Positions 7,712 through 16,664 are shown, counted from the first letter of the stretch. The stretch: 40,752 nucleotides of DNA from an uncultured Candidatus Saccharibacteria bacterium (GCA_964361325.1 CAYHZT010000001.1:1-40752); one strand, 5' to 3'. The notes: a model not told the origin generated them from the sequence alone. Translations and numbers: made by a program.

Positions 7712-8935
7712 ATGAAAAAGAAACCAAAGAAACTTTTTAAGAAAATTAAAAAAACGAAAAAAATCCGCCGAACTGCCAAGAAAATCCAAAAATCCCGTAG
7801 CGGCGGGATAAAAGGCGCGAAAGCCGGACGAAAACCTAAAGCGCTCACAAAAAAGGAACAGAAGCGGGAACTGGACCTCCAGGCGCTTAAGGAATTAATT
7901 GATCGAGGCCACGGGAGGGGTTTCGTGACAGATACGGAAGTTTTGCAGTATTTTCCGCACGTAGAGGATGACATCAGTTTCTTGGAAGAGATTTACGATA
8001 AACTCGAAGAATCAAACATCAAAGTAATCGAAACTAATCAGCTGATTGAACTTCCAAAAGAAGAAATCAGCGAAAAAGAATTAGAAGAGGCGACTTTGAG
8101 CGACAATTTGCCGGATGCGGTGCAGATGTACTTGAAAGAAATCGGACGCACTCCCTTGCTTAACACCGAAGGCGAGAGAGAACTGGCAAAACGAATCGAG
8201 AAAGGCGACCAGGAAGCGCGGCGCAAATTTATTAAGGCAAACCTGCGTCTCGTGGTTTCCATCGCCAAGCGTTATGTTAACCGTACGCCGAATTTAAGTA
8301 TTTTGGATTTAGTTCAAGAAGGTAATATCGGTTTATCGCGCGCGGTGGACAAATTTGATTATCGCCGCGGTTTTAAATTTTCCACTTATGCCACTTGGTG
8401 GATTCGTCAGGCGATTACCCGCGCGTTAGCCGACCAGTCGCGCACCATCCGCATTCCCGTGCATATGGTGGAGACTATTTCCAAATATACGCAAGCCAAA
8501 CGTCGTCTTTTGCAAGAATTGGGACGCGAGCCTCTCGCGGAAGAAATCGCCATTGAAATGAACATACCGGTGGAAAAAATCCATCACATTCAAAAAATTT
8601 CTCAAGACGTGGTGTCTTTAGAATCTCCCGTCGGAGACGAGGATGAAGATTCCACGTTGTCGGAATTTATTCCTGATGAACGCAATTTAACGCCTTCACA
8701 AATCGCCTCGCAAACTTTACTGCGCGATAAAATACACGAGATTTTAGTTGATCTTACGCCTCGCGAGCAGAAGATTTTGAGTATGCGTTTTGGACTGGAA
8801 GATGGCGTTACTCATACCTTGGAAGAGGTTGGCAAGGAATTCGGGGTTACCCGCGAACGCATTCGTCAAATTGAGGCAAAAGCCCTGGCCCGCATAAAAG
8901 GGCATGAAAAATCCTTTACCTTAGAGGGGTATTAG
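7712..8935 (+). CDS. rpoD: RNA polymerase sigma factor RpoD (sigma-70) with a polybasic N-terminal extension
   Basis: Regions 1.2-4 are recognisable ([69 protein letters not shown]). The first ~50 aa are Lys/Arg-rich. Confidence 0.9.
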   Translation: MKKKPKKLFKKIKKTKKIRRTAKKIQKSRSGGIKGAKAGRKPKALTKKEQKRELDLQALKELIDRGHGRGFVTDTEVLQYFPHVEDDISFLEEIYDKLEESNIKVIETNQLIELPKEEISEKELEEATLSDNLPDAVQMYLKEIGRTPLLNTEGERELAKRIEKGDQEARRKFIKANLRLVVSIAKRYVNRTPNLSILDLVQEGNIGLSRAVDKFDYRRGFKFSTYATWWIRQAITRALADQSRTIRIPVHMVETISKYTQAKRRLLQELGREPLAEEIAIEMNIPVEKIHHIQKISQDVVSLESPVGDEDEDSTLSEFIPDERNLTPSQIASQTLLRDKIHEILVDLTPREQKILSMRFGLEDGVTHTLEEVGKEFGVTRERIRQIEAKALARIKGHEKSFTLEGY

Positions 8936-8988
8936 GGCCTGGGGACGGGGTGCTTCCCAAGTTAGTCTTAATATGCTATCTTCCAGTA

Positions 8989-9010
8989 AAGGTGTTAAAC
9001 GCCTTTTTTT
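8989..9010 (+). terminator. Weak terminator-like hairpin after rpoD
   Basis: AAGGTG / CGCCTT stem (one G-U pair) with a 5-nt loop and a T7 run. It ends 4 nt before the GTG of the next gene. Confidence 0.35.
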
Positions 9011-9013
9011 CTT

Positions 9014-10423
9014 GTGAAAAAGACCAATTTGCTGTTTTCAGCGTTAATATCGCTGGTTTTAATATCCCCCTCAAACCTTGTTTTCGCGCAGAGGGCGGTG
9101 GATTTAGGCACGGAAAGTTCCGGTCTTTTGCCGTCTAATCCGTTCTATTTTCTTAAGGAGTTCGGCCGGGGAGTACATAAGTTTTTTATCGGTAATCCGA
9201 TTCGCAAAGCCGAGTTAGAACTTAATATTCTTAATGAAAAAGCCGCCGAGCTCAAAAAGCTGCAAGAAATTACGCCTGATAACATGGGGGCACTTTCTCG
9301 GGCCCTTGCTAATTATCAAGCGGCTGCCGAGCAATATAAAATCCGTCTAGAAAGTCTGGCGGGACAGGGGACTAATCCTAATCTTGACCGCTTACTGACA
9401 CAGCTTATTGAGCGTGGTTTAAAACATCAGCAATTATTTGACGAGCTGCGCGCTCAATTCTCTTTGGAACAAACGTTCTTGGAAAATCTTGGCAACGTGG
9501 AAAGGGCATTGATAGAAATGTTGGCGGTGGTTGCTCAAAGACTGGATACGCCCGAAAAATTTCGTAGCCGTTTGGAATCCGCGGTCGCCGAGCAAGGGGA
9601 TGTTTTTCAAGAATTAAGAGCGGCCGAATTCGTGGATCGGCTGGAGGAAAAGCTGTCCGGCGCGGCAAGGGAGGAAGTCGCTGCCTTAAAAGAAGATTTG
9701 TTAATAGCTTTTAGCGGTCGTTTGGAAGGCCTGCAGTTAAGTAACACGGCGGATATCGAAGCGTTGCAACAAGTTCCCGGCGATCGTTTGCGAATTTTAA
9801 AACTTTTAGATGAAGTTCGCGAGTTGGTGCTGGATCCGGAATTAAAGAGCGAGCTTAATATCGCACGCCAGTCTTTATTGGAAAAAGTTGAAGAAAATAA
9901 CGGCATAGGCGAACCGGAGGCGGCGCAATCCATAAACTTTGCCAAGGAACTGCTTGTCGAGGTTGAAAAAAAGATTGCTGAAAATCCGGTCACCGCTTCA
10001 TCGGCCATTAAACAATTAGTAGAACGAGTTAAGTTTAATATTTCTCAAGCGGAAATTTTTTATGACCAGGAAAATTACGGCAGCGCTTTCGGCCAAGCTA
10101 CTGCGGCTTCGGCGGCCGCCAAAAACGCCTTATTGCAATTAGTCTATAATCCCAACGACCGCGTCCAGGACGTGGATTCCTTGAAACGCACATATGACCA
10201 ACTCATTGTTAAAGTTAACGAGGCGGGATTAACCGCGGAAAAAAATCCTAAGCTTTTTGGGCTATTAAACGAAGCGGAAAAAAAGATTGTGGCAGTCGCC
10301 CGGCTGATTGAAGGCAAGGCTAAGCCGGAAGCTATCGTTAATGCCCTCCGGAATGTTAAAATTCTGTTGGCCGCTATTGAACAATATATCGCGACCGCCA
10401 ATGCAGTCCGAGGAAATCCGTAA
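9014..10423 (+). CDS. Secreted alpha-helical protein, DUF5667-like
   Basis: GTG start and a signal peptide (MKKTNLLFSALISLVLISPSNLVFA). LLPSNPFYFLKEFGR recalls the DUF5667 N-terminal motif. The rest is long, Ala/Glu/Leu-rich and helical. Confidence 0.6.
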   Translation: MKKTNLLFSALISLVLISPSNLVFAQRAVDLGTESSGLLPSNPFYFLKEFGRGVHKFFIGNPIRKAELELNILNEKAAELKKLQEITPDNMGALSRALANYQAAAEQYKIRLESLAGQGTNPNLDRLLTQLIERGLKHQQLFDELRAQFSLEQTFLENLGNVERALIEMLAVVAQRLDTPEKFRSRLESAVAEQGDVFQELRAAEFVDRLEEKLSGAAREEVAALKEDLLIAFSGRLEGLQLSNTADIEALQQVPGDRLRILKLLDEVRELVLDPELKSELNIARQSLLEKVEENNGIGEPEAAQSINFAKELLVEVEKKIAENPVTASSAIKQLVERVKFNISQAEIFYDQENYGSAFGQATAASAAAKNALLQLVYNPNDRVQDVDSLKRTYDQLIVKVNEAGLTAEKNPKLFGLLNEAEKKIVAVARLIEGKAKPEAIVNALRNVKILLAAIEQYIATANAVRGNP

Positions 10424-12182
10424 AAGTTTTTTAGAATTTTTTCACGCCAAGGGACACGCGGTTGTCCCTTCGTCGTCTTTGGTACCCGATGACCCGTCGG
10501 TGCTTTTAACTACCGCCGGTATGCAGCAATTTAAAAAATATTTTACCGGGGAAATGGACGCGAAAAGAGATTACGGAAGTGCCAGCGCGGTTTCAATACA
10601 AAAATGTTTCCGCACTTCTGACATAGATGAAGTGGGGGACAAAACCCACCTTACGTTTTTTGAAATGTTGGGAAATTTTTCGTTCGGCGGTTACTTAAAA
10701 AAAGAAGCCATTCATTACGCTTACGAATATCTGACAAAGGCACTGGGCATTAATCCCGAGCGCATTACCGTAACGGTTTTTGCCGGCGAGGATGGCGGCC
10801 CTTCGACAGGCTCAGGGCAAACAATTCCTTTTGACAAGGAATCGTTTGATATTTGGCATAAAGAAATAGGCTTGCCTGTTTCCCGAATTTCCAAACATGA
10901 TCGCCAAGATAATTTTTGGGGGCCAACCGGCAATGAAGGTCCTTGCGGACCAACCACAGAGATTTACGTTGATGGCGTTGAAGTCTGGAATTTGGTTTTT
11001 AACCAGTATTACCAAAGTAAAGATCCTTCGGCAGGCTCAGGACAGGCAAAACTTGAAAAATTAAAAACTCCCGGAGTAGATACCGGTATGGGATTTGAGC
11101 GTCTAACGGCAATGCTCCAGGGAGTGGAAGATGTCTTTGCCACCGATTTATTTGAGCCGCTGATCAAGAAAATAAATGAAACCGCGCCGCATCTTAAAGA
11201 CCGCGAAGTGAGAATTATTGCCGACCATTTGCGATCTTCCGTGTTTTTAGCGGCTGACGGAGTGCGTCCTTCGAATAAAGAAGCGGGATACATTCTACGC
11301 AGACTTTTACGTCGAGTGCTCGCGTATCAGGTTTTATACGACATTCACGGCGATCTTTTGTCGGACGCCACAAAAATTGTTAAAGAAAAATTCGGAAAGT
11401 TTTACCCCGAAGTCGCAAGTCCGATAATTTTAGAAATTCTGGAAACCGAAAGGGATAAGTTTCAAAAGGCAATTGCGCTGGGCATAAAAGAGCTTCCAAA
11501 ATATAAAACTATCACCGCCAAAGACGCCTTTTATTTGTATGAGACTTTTGGTTTGCCGCGGGAGTTAATCGTGGAATTAGTGCCTGCCGCGGCCAAAAAT
11601 TTAGACAAAAATGATTTTGAAGCGGAATTTTCCAAGCATCAAGAGATTTCCCGCGCGGGTTTGGAAAAAAAGTTTGGCGGCCACGGCTTGCTTTTAGATA
11701 CCGGCGAATTGAAAGCCAAAGACGAAATTGAACTTCAGAAAGTTGTGCGTCTTCATACTGCCACACATCTTTTACAAGCGGCGTTGCGCAAGGTTTTAGG
11801 AAATGAAGTTCAGCAGAAAGGCTCTGACATTACCGCCGAGCGCACCCGTTTTGATTTTGCGTTTTCACGCAAATTGACCGCTGAAGAAATTAAAAAAGTA
11901 GAGATTTTAGTGAATGAAGCGATAGAAAAGGACCTACCGGTGCAATTTAAGGAAATGTCAAAAAGCGAAGCCGTCAAAACCGGCGCGCTGTACTTTTTCA
12001 AGGAAAAATATCCGGACAAAGTAAAAGTTTATTATGCCGGGCGGTCATTGGAGGACGCGTTTTCTAAAGAATTTTGTGGCGGCCCCCATGTTTCCAACAC
12101 ACTGGTGATAGGCAAGTTTAAAATAACAAAAGAAGAGGCGGTCGGCTCGGGCGTCCGTCGAATCCGCGCAACCGTTGAATAA
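10401..12182 (+). CDS. alaS: Alanine--tRNA ligase, short form without the C-terminal C-Ala domain
   Basis: The likely start is the ATG at 10401 (MQSEEIRKSFLEFFHAKGH). Conserved blocks: TTAGMQQFK, DNFWGPTG.EGPCGPTTEIY, VDTGMGFERL, and editing-domain motifs HTATHLL and CGGPHV. It ends just after GVRRIRA. It overlaps the upstream gene by 23 nt. Confidence 0.9.
   Translation: MQSEEIRKSFLEFFHAKGHAVVPSSSLVPDDPSVLLTTAGMQQFKKYFTGEMDAKRDYGSASAVSIQKCFRTSDIDEVGDKTHLTFFEMLGNFSFGGYLKKEAIHYAYEYLTKALGINPERITVTVFAGEDGGPSTGSGQTIPFDKESFDIWHKEIGLPVSRISKHDRQDNFWGPTGNEGPCGPTTEIYVDGVEVWNLVFNQYYQSKDPSAGSGQAKLEKLKTPGVDTGMGFERLTAMLQGVEDVFATDLFEPLIKKINETAPHLKDREVRIIADHLRSSVFLAADGVRPSNKEAGYILRRLLRRVLAYQVLYDIHGDLLSDATKIVKEKFGKFYPEVASPIILEILETERDKFQKAIALGIKELPKYKTITAKDAFYLYETFGLPRELIVELVPAAAKNLDKNDFEAEFSKHQEISRAGLEKKFGGHGLLLDTGELKAKDEIELQKVVRLHTATHLLQAALRKVLGNEVQQKGSDITAERTRFDFAFSRKLTAEEIKKVEILVNEAIEKDLPVQFKEMSKSEAVKTGALYFFKEKYPDKVKVYYAGRSLEDAFSKEFCGGPHVSNTLVIGKFKITKEEAVGSGVRRIRATVE
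10800..10822 (+). repeat. GC-rich 23-nt repeat, copy 1 (inside alaS, in frame)
   Basis: CCTTCGACAGGCTCAGGGCAAAC, translated as PSTGSGQT. Confidence 0.6.
11025..11047 (+). repeat. GC-rich 23-nt repeat, copy 2 (inside alaS, in frame)
   Basis: CCTTCGGCAGGCTCAGGACAGGC matches copy 1 at 19/23. Translated as PSAGSGQA. Confidence 0.6.
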
Positions 12183-12280
12183 TATTTATTTTTGTTTTAA
12201 CTTATAGGCGTTCTTTGATATTGTGTCAGGCCTACTTCTGCCTGTCGGTAGGTGGAGTTTTACACTAAAGGAGGTGGTCC

Positions 12281-13480
12281 ATGGTCTATAAGAGAATTTT
12301 TCTTGCCGGTACTTGTCGTACGCCGATTGGCATGGCGCCGCGTGGAAATCTCAAAGATATTCCGGCGCATACACTGCTTTCTTTGTGTTTCCAGGAAACT
12401 TTGAAACGAGTTGGTATTGCGCCGGAAGCGATTGACGAGGTAATCGCTGGCAATATCGCCCAATCTTCAGAAGCGCCGAATATTGCAAGGGTGTCCGCGC
12501 TTTTGGCTCATATTCCCGAATACGCGCCGGCATTTACAGTCCAAAGAAATTGCGGTTCCGGTCTGCAGGCAGTCGTATCCGCCGCGCAGATGATTAAATT
12601 AGGAGAGGCGAGCGTGGTAATGGCTGGCGGCGCAGAAAGTATGTCCAACATTCCATTTATTCTAAAAAAAATGCGTAATGGTGTTCGTTACTTTCCTGGG
12701 CAAGCAATGCAAAATTTAGTGGACACGTTGGACGAGGGCCTTACCGACCCAATTACTCATGAATTAATGGGTATGACGGCCGAAAACGTTGCCGCCAAAT
12801 ATGAAATTAGCCGCGCTGACCAGGATGAGTTCGCGGCGGAATCCCACAAAAAAGCTTTTCGGGCAGTTCGTTCCGGAAAATTCCGTTCGCAAATCGTTGC
12901 CGTAAAAAATTCCAAAGAAAGCATTTCCGAAGACGAGGGAATCAATCCAGCGATGACTAAGCAGATGCTGTCTCTTGCGCCGACTATTTTCAAGAATAAC
13001 GGTACGGTTACGCCATTCAATAGTTGTCCGCTTTCGGATGGCGCGTCATCGCTTTTGGTGATGGACGAAGAAGCTGTAGCGAATTGGAGAGTAAAACCGG
13101 AAGCGGAAGTATTGAGCTATGCTTTTACCGGCGTTCACCCGTCGTACATGGGGATGGGGCCGGCGAGTGCGATTCCTTATGCGCTTAGGAGGGTGATGAT
13201 GTCGAAAATAATGGAAATCAACGCGATTGATGTCTTTGAAATCAACGAAGCGTTTGCCGCGCAGGCGCTTGCCTGCCAGCGTCAATTGAAGATTCCTCCG
13301 GACAAGCTGAATCCTTGGGGAGGCGCTATCGCTCTCGGCCATCCGGTCGGGGCAACGGGCGCGATGCTGATTACTAAAATCATCGCGATTCTCAAGGATA
13401 CGAAGAAAGAATATGGCGTTATCTCTATGTGTATTGGCGGCGGCCAAGGAGGCGCTTTGGTTCTTCGTAATATGCAGTAA
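12281..13480 (+). CDS. Acetyl-CoA C-acetyltransferase (thiolase II family)
   Basis: Thiolase blocks: VQRNCGSGLQAV (nucleophilic Cys), GGAESMS, NEAFAAQ, GGAIALGHPVGATG, CIGGGQG. Strong SD AAAGGAGGTGG lies 4-5 nt before the ATG. Confidence 0.85.
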   Translation: MVYKRIFLAGTCRTPIGMAPRGNLKDIPAHTLLSLCFQETLKRVGIAPEAIDEVIAGNIAQSSEAPNIARVSALLAHIPEYAPAFTVQRNCGSGLQAVVSAAQMIKLGEASVVMAGGAESMSNIPFILKKMRNGVRYFPGQAMQNLVDTLDEGLTDPITHELMGMTAENVAAKYEISRADQDEFAAESHKKAFRAVRSGKFRSQIVAVKNSKESISEDEGINPAMTKQMLSLAPTIFKNNGTVTPFNSCPLSDGASSLLVMDEEAVANWRVKPEAEVLSYAFTGVHPSYMGMGPASAIPYALRRVMMSKIMEINAIDVFEINEAFAAQALACQRQLKIPPDKLNPWGGAIALGHPVGATGAMLITKIIAILKDTKKEYGVISMCIGGGQGGALVLRNMQ

Positions 13481-13481
13481 T

Positions 13482-13504
13482 CCTTCGATAAGTTCAGGAT
13501 AAAA
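13482..13504 (+). repeat. GC-rich 23-nt repeat, copy 3 (decayed, just after the thiolase stop)
   Basis: CCTTCGATAAGTTCAGGATAAAA matches copy 1 at 17/23. Five of the six differences are C>T or G>A. Confidence 0.5.
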
Positions 13505-13509
13505 CAAAC

Positions 13510-13550
13510 GGCCCCCGCGTTCATTAATGAGCGCGGGGGCCTTCTAATTT
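13510..13550 (+). terminator. Intrinsic terminator after the thiolase gene
   Basis: 10-bp GC stem GGCCCCCGCG / CGCGGGGGCC with a 12-nt loop, then a T-rich tail (TTCTAATTT). Confidence 0.7.
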
Positions 13551-13551
13551 A

Positions 13552-13560
13552 TGGTATAAT
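13552..13560 (+). promoter_or_regulatory. Extended -10 element (TGgTATAAT)
   Basis: TATAAT at 13555-13560, preceded by TGG. The GTG start at 13568 is 7 nt downstream. Confidence 0.4.
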
Positions 13561-13567
13561 AAAGTTA

Positions 13568-14740
13568 GTGATAGTCAAGTATTTAAAGACATTACTATCG
13601 TTGTTTCGTAATAAGAACGATAGGTTTTTAGTACTGGAAATACTGGAAAACAATAATAGGGGCGCCTCTATCAGAGCTGATTTTACCAATAAAACAATCT
13701 CTGTTTCAAAAATAGTTTCCCACCCGTCTTTAAAGAAAATTCTTAAAAAATTCGGACGACTGGCAAAATATAAAATTATTCTCGGATTGGATTCGCATCT
13801 CGCCACCACTATTTATTCGTCGGTAGTTTTAGTTCGTGATCGCTATAAAGAATTAATCGACGAACCGGAATTGGACAATTTAATTTCCCAAGCCATTTGG
13901 AAATTTTTTGATCGTCAGCGGAGCAAGGTAGCGGCCAAAATGAATGTTACCGACCTGGATATCGTTTTGACCGATGTGCGTATCCGGGGCGTAAAACTTG
14001 ATAGCCACAAAGTAGTAAACCCGATTGGTTTTAAGGCCAAAACCGTGGAAATCCAATTCAGCCAAACTTTTTTACTGCGGGATTTTATAAATTCCGTAAA
14101 AGATTATTTGCCGCTGAATTTAATATCTTTAGTCAGCGAAAACGGTACGGCCTGGGCAAGCGTGATAGCGAAATCTAACCTGACTGACAATTTTCTTCTT
14201 GCTAATCTTTATGGGAGTAAAACTCTGATGTTTTTGACCGACGGCATTCAAAATGCTTATTGCGAACGTTTTAATTGGGGAGAAGAAAACCTACACCGAT
14301 CGCTGGCGGCCGATTTGGCGATTACGCCTGGGGTGGCAAAACTGATTATCGGAAAGTGCACGGCCGAGCAAACCTCTCCGACATTCCGCAAGCGGTTGGA
14401 AAACTTATTTATAAAAGAATTAGAAGTGCTGGCCGGAGGAATCAACACGGCCCTGAAAAAAACCGACACAAAATTAGTATATTTAAACACATTTTTTGAT
14501 TTGCCCGCCATATTTTCCAGCGCTTTTAAGAATCAATTTGAACGTTCGGTGTCTTTGCAGCCAATTTCAATAGACTTGATTAGTCAAAATTTTGGTTTTG
14601 ATATAAAATTTAAAAACAGCGCTGACTCTAAGAGTTCATCCGGCCTTTTAGTGTCGCTTATGGAATGGTATTTGGCGCCTCAAGATGATCGGATGAGTCA
14701 ATTGGCAAAACGCCGCGTGCGTTGGTTATCGCCGTTGTAA
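13568..14740 (+). CDS. Divergent FtsA/PilM-like actin-fold protein (tentative)
   Basis: 390 aa with a GTG start. Segments resemble FtsA/PilM (DIVLTDVRIRGVKLDSHKVVNPIGFKAKTVEIQF; FNWGEENLHRSLAADLAITPGVAKLI). Canonical nucleotide-binding motifs are not evident. Confidence 0.45.
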   Translation: MIVKYLKTLLSLFRNKNDRFLVLEILENNNRGASIRADFTNKTISVSKIVSHPSLKKILKKFGRLAKYKIILGLDSHLATTIYSSVVLVRDRYKELIDEPELDNLISQAIWKFFDRQRSKVAAKMNVTDLDIVLTDVRIRGVKLDSHKVVNPIGFKAKTVEIQFSQTFLLRDFINSVKDYLPLNLISLVSENGTAWASVIAKSNLTDNFLLANLYGSKTLMFLTDGIQNAYCERFNWGEENLHRSLAADLAITPGVAKLIIGKCTAEQTSPTFRKRLENLFIKELEVLAGGINTALKKTDTKLVYLNTFFDLPAIFSSAFKNQFERSVSLQPISIDLISQNFGFDIKFKNSADSKSSSGLLVSLMEWYLAPQDDRMSQLAKRRVRWLSPL

Positions 14741-14743
14741 ATT

Positions 14744-16303
14744 ATGACTTCTAAAAATTTACCATATAGAATAAAAAAAATAGCCGTAGGAAAAAGCGAT
14801 GAAGTGGCATTGGTGGTGGAAAAAATTATTGATTCCGATGCTAAGGAAATCGTTTTAAGCATACCGCGATTTTCCCGGCTGGCTGAGTCGCTCGCTAATT
14901 TTCATCTGATCAGTCGCGAGAGTAAATTATTGCGAAAAAAAATTATTATTGAATCGGTGGACGACAAGGTAGTCGAACTCGCGAATCTGGCTGGAATAGA
15001 ATCGCTAAATCCGATTTTGTCCCGATCTCGCCGCCAATTTTATGATATTGTTTCCGCTCGTCAGAGCCGCGAAGATGCGGCGGAAGAGGTAATGGAAAAA
15101 AAGAGACTAGTGGAATCGGTGAAGCGGAAGCGTTTAAAATTGCCGCGCCTGCCGTCATTTAATCTGAAATTCGGCGGTAAAAAAATTATTTGGGCGGGCG
15201 CTGTTATCGGTATTTTAATTATTCTGGTAATTATTGCCCGGGCTTTGCCGAAAGCCGAAATAACTATAGTGACGGTAAAAACGCCTTGGACCTACAATGA
15301 TTCGGTACTGGCGGAAAAATCAGCTGCTATTGATTCGGCCATTGTCAGAATCCCTTCTCAAATTTTTAATCAGGAAGGAAAACAGCAGCTCTCTTTCCCT
15401 GCCACCGGTAAAAAAACCGTTCAACAAAAAGCAACCGGTAAAATTACTATTTATAACGCCTACAGTTCCGATCCTCAGCCGTTGGTTGCCGCCACGCGAT
15501 TTTTAGCGCCTGATGGGAAAATTTTCCGGCTCACTAAAAGCGTCGTTGTAACCGGCGCGAAAATTTCCGAAGGTAAAATTATTCCTTCAACTATAGAAGC
15601 AAGCGTTATCGCCGATAAATCGGGAGAGGAATACAATATCGGTTCGGTTAACTATTTCAGCATTCCGGGCTTTCAAGGCACGCCAAAATACCAAGCGTTT
15701 TACGGCGAGTCCAAGGGATCTATGACGGGTGGTTTTATCGGCGAAGTGGCATTTCCGACTGATGCCGATGTTAGGGCTGGTTCGGCGCAGATTTCGGAAA
15801 ATATTAAAAAAACGCTGACGGATAAAATTGCCGAGCAGATTCCCAAAGATTTTAAAATTATTGACGGCGCCACCAAATTTAATTTGACCAAGCTGGATGT
15901 TTCTACTCAAACGGATGAAAAAAAGAATTATTCCGTGGCGGCCGAAGCGCAAACGAGCGTTATCGCTTTCAAGGAAGCTGATCTCTTAGCGGTGTTGGAA
16001 ACAAGAATCGAGAACGATCTCAAAGAAGACTATCTAATTAAAAGTTTTGAGATTGCTTATGGAAAGGCCCGCGCTGATTTTGTCGTTGGCCGTTTGAGCT
16101 TTCCGATAAAATTCGATGCCATCATAAGCCGGACGATAAACGCCGAAGAATTGAAAGAGAAAGTTAAAGGAATGGCCGAACCAGCCTTGCGGTCGCTGAT
16201 ATATGCTTTGCCGGAAGTAAAATCGGCCGAAATATCGCTTTGGCCGTTCTGGGTAAGTAGGGTACCGAGCGCTATCGGGCGTATTAAAATTACCGTTGAC
16301 TAA
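14744..16303 (+). CDS. Bitopic membrane protein: cytoplasmic N-domain, one TM helix, and a large beta-rich extracytoplasmic domain
   Basis: 519 aa with a TM helix at IIWAGAVIGILIILVIIARAL. The distal domain (ATGKITIYN...PLVAATRFLAPDGKIFRL...ASVIADKSGEEYNIG) vaguely recalls baseplate-J-like annotations. Family not established. Confidence 0.5.
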   Translation: MTSKNLPYRIKKIAVGKSDEVALVVEKIIDSDAKEIVLSIPRFSRLAESLANFHLISRESKLLRKKIIIESVDDKVVELANLAGIESLNPILSRSRRQFYDIVSARQSREDAAEEVMEKKRLVESVKRKRLKLPRLPSFNLKFGGKKIIWAGAVIGILIILVIIARALPKAEITIVTVKTPWTYNDSVLAEKSAAIDSAIVRIPSQIFNQEGKQQLSFPATGKKTVQQKATGKITIYNAYSSDPQPLVAATRFLAPDGKIFRLTKSVVVTGAKISEGKIIPSTIEASVIADKSGEEYNIGSVNYFSIPGFQGTPKYQAFYGESKGSMTGGFIGEVAFPTDADVRAGSAQISENIKKTLTDKIAEQIPKDFKIIDGATKFNLTKLDVSTQTDEKKNYSVAAEAQTSVIAFKEADLLAVLETRIENDLKEDYLIKSFEIAYGKARADFVVGRLSFPIKFDAIISRTINAEELKEKVKGMAEPALRSLIYALPEVKSAEISLWPFWVSRVPSAIGRIKITVD

Positions 16304-16337
16304 ATAGTGGTTTCCGTGCTATATTCATTACTTATAA

Positions 16338-16553
16338 ATGGCAGATAAGAATGTAAGACGGGTGGAGGGGCGAGTGGAAGAAGCTTTGCCCGGCGCGGCG
16401 TTTCGGGTTAAAACCGAAGAAGGTAAAATCGTGCGCGCTTATTTATCCGGAAAAATGCGTCTCCATTATATAAAAATTTTGCCCGGAGATCGCGTCACTA
16501 TGGAAATGACTCCTTATGACGAAGCCCGCGGCAGAATCACTCGTAGATTATGA
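16338..16553 (+). CDS. infA: Translation initiation factor IF-1
   Basis: 71 aa S1-like fold ([56 protein letters not shown]). Confidence 0.9.
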   Translation: MADKNVRRVEGRVEEALPGAAFRVKTEEGKIVRAYLSGKMRLHYIKILPGDRVTMEMTPYDEARGRITRRL

Positions 16554-16663
16554 AGGTACGATCATCAGTAAAAGTTATTTGTATAAATTGCAAAATCGTT
16601 CGCCGCAAGCGGAGGATTTTTGTGATTTGCAAAACTCCGAAACATAAACAAAGACAGGGATAA
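16550..16663 (+). CDS. rpmJ: 50S ribosomal protein L36
   Basis: Not in the ORF track (37 aa): [37 protein letters not shown]. Its ATG overlaps the infA stop (ATGA). Confidence 0.85.
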   Translation: MKVRSSVKVICINCKIVRRKRRIFVICKTPKHKQRQG

Positions 16664-16664
16664 T

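Noticed and set aside
8950-9138. 62-aa ORF overlapping the start of the DUF5667-like gene.
   Set aside because: It is out of frame with the signal-peptide-bearing GTG-initiated gene and has no supporting signals.
10308-10400. N-terminal 31 codons of the alaS ORF as listed in the track (MKARLSRKL...).
   Set aside because: This segment is the out-of-frame overlap with the upstream gene. Conserved AlaRS sequence begins at the ATG at 10401.
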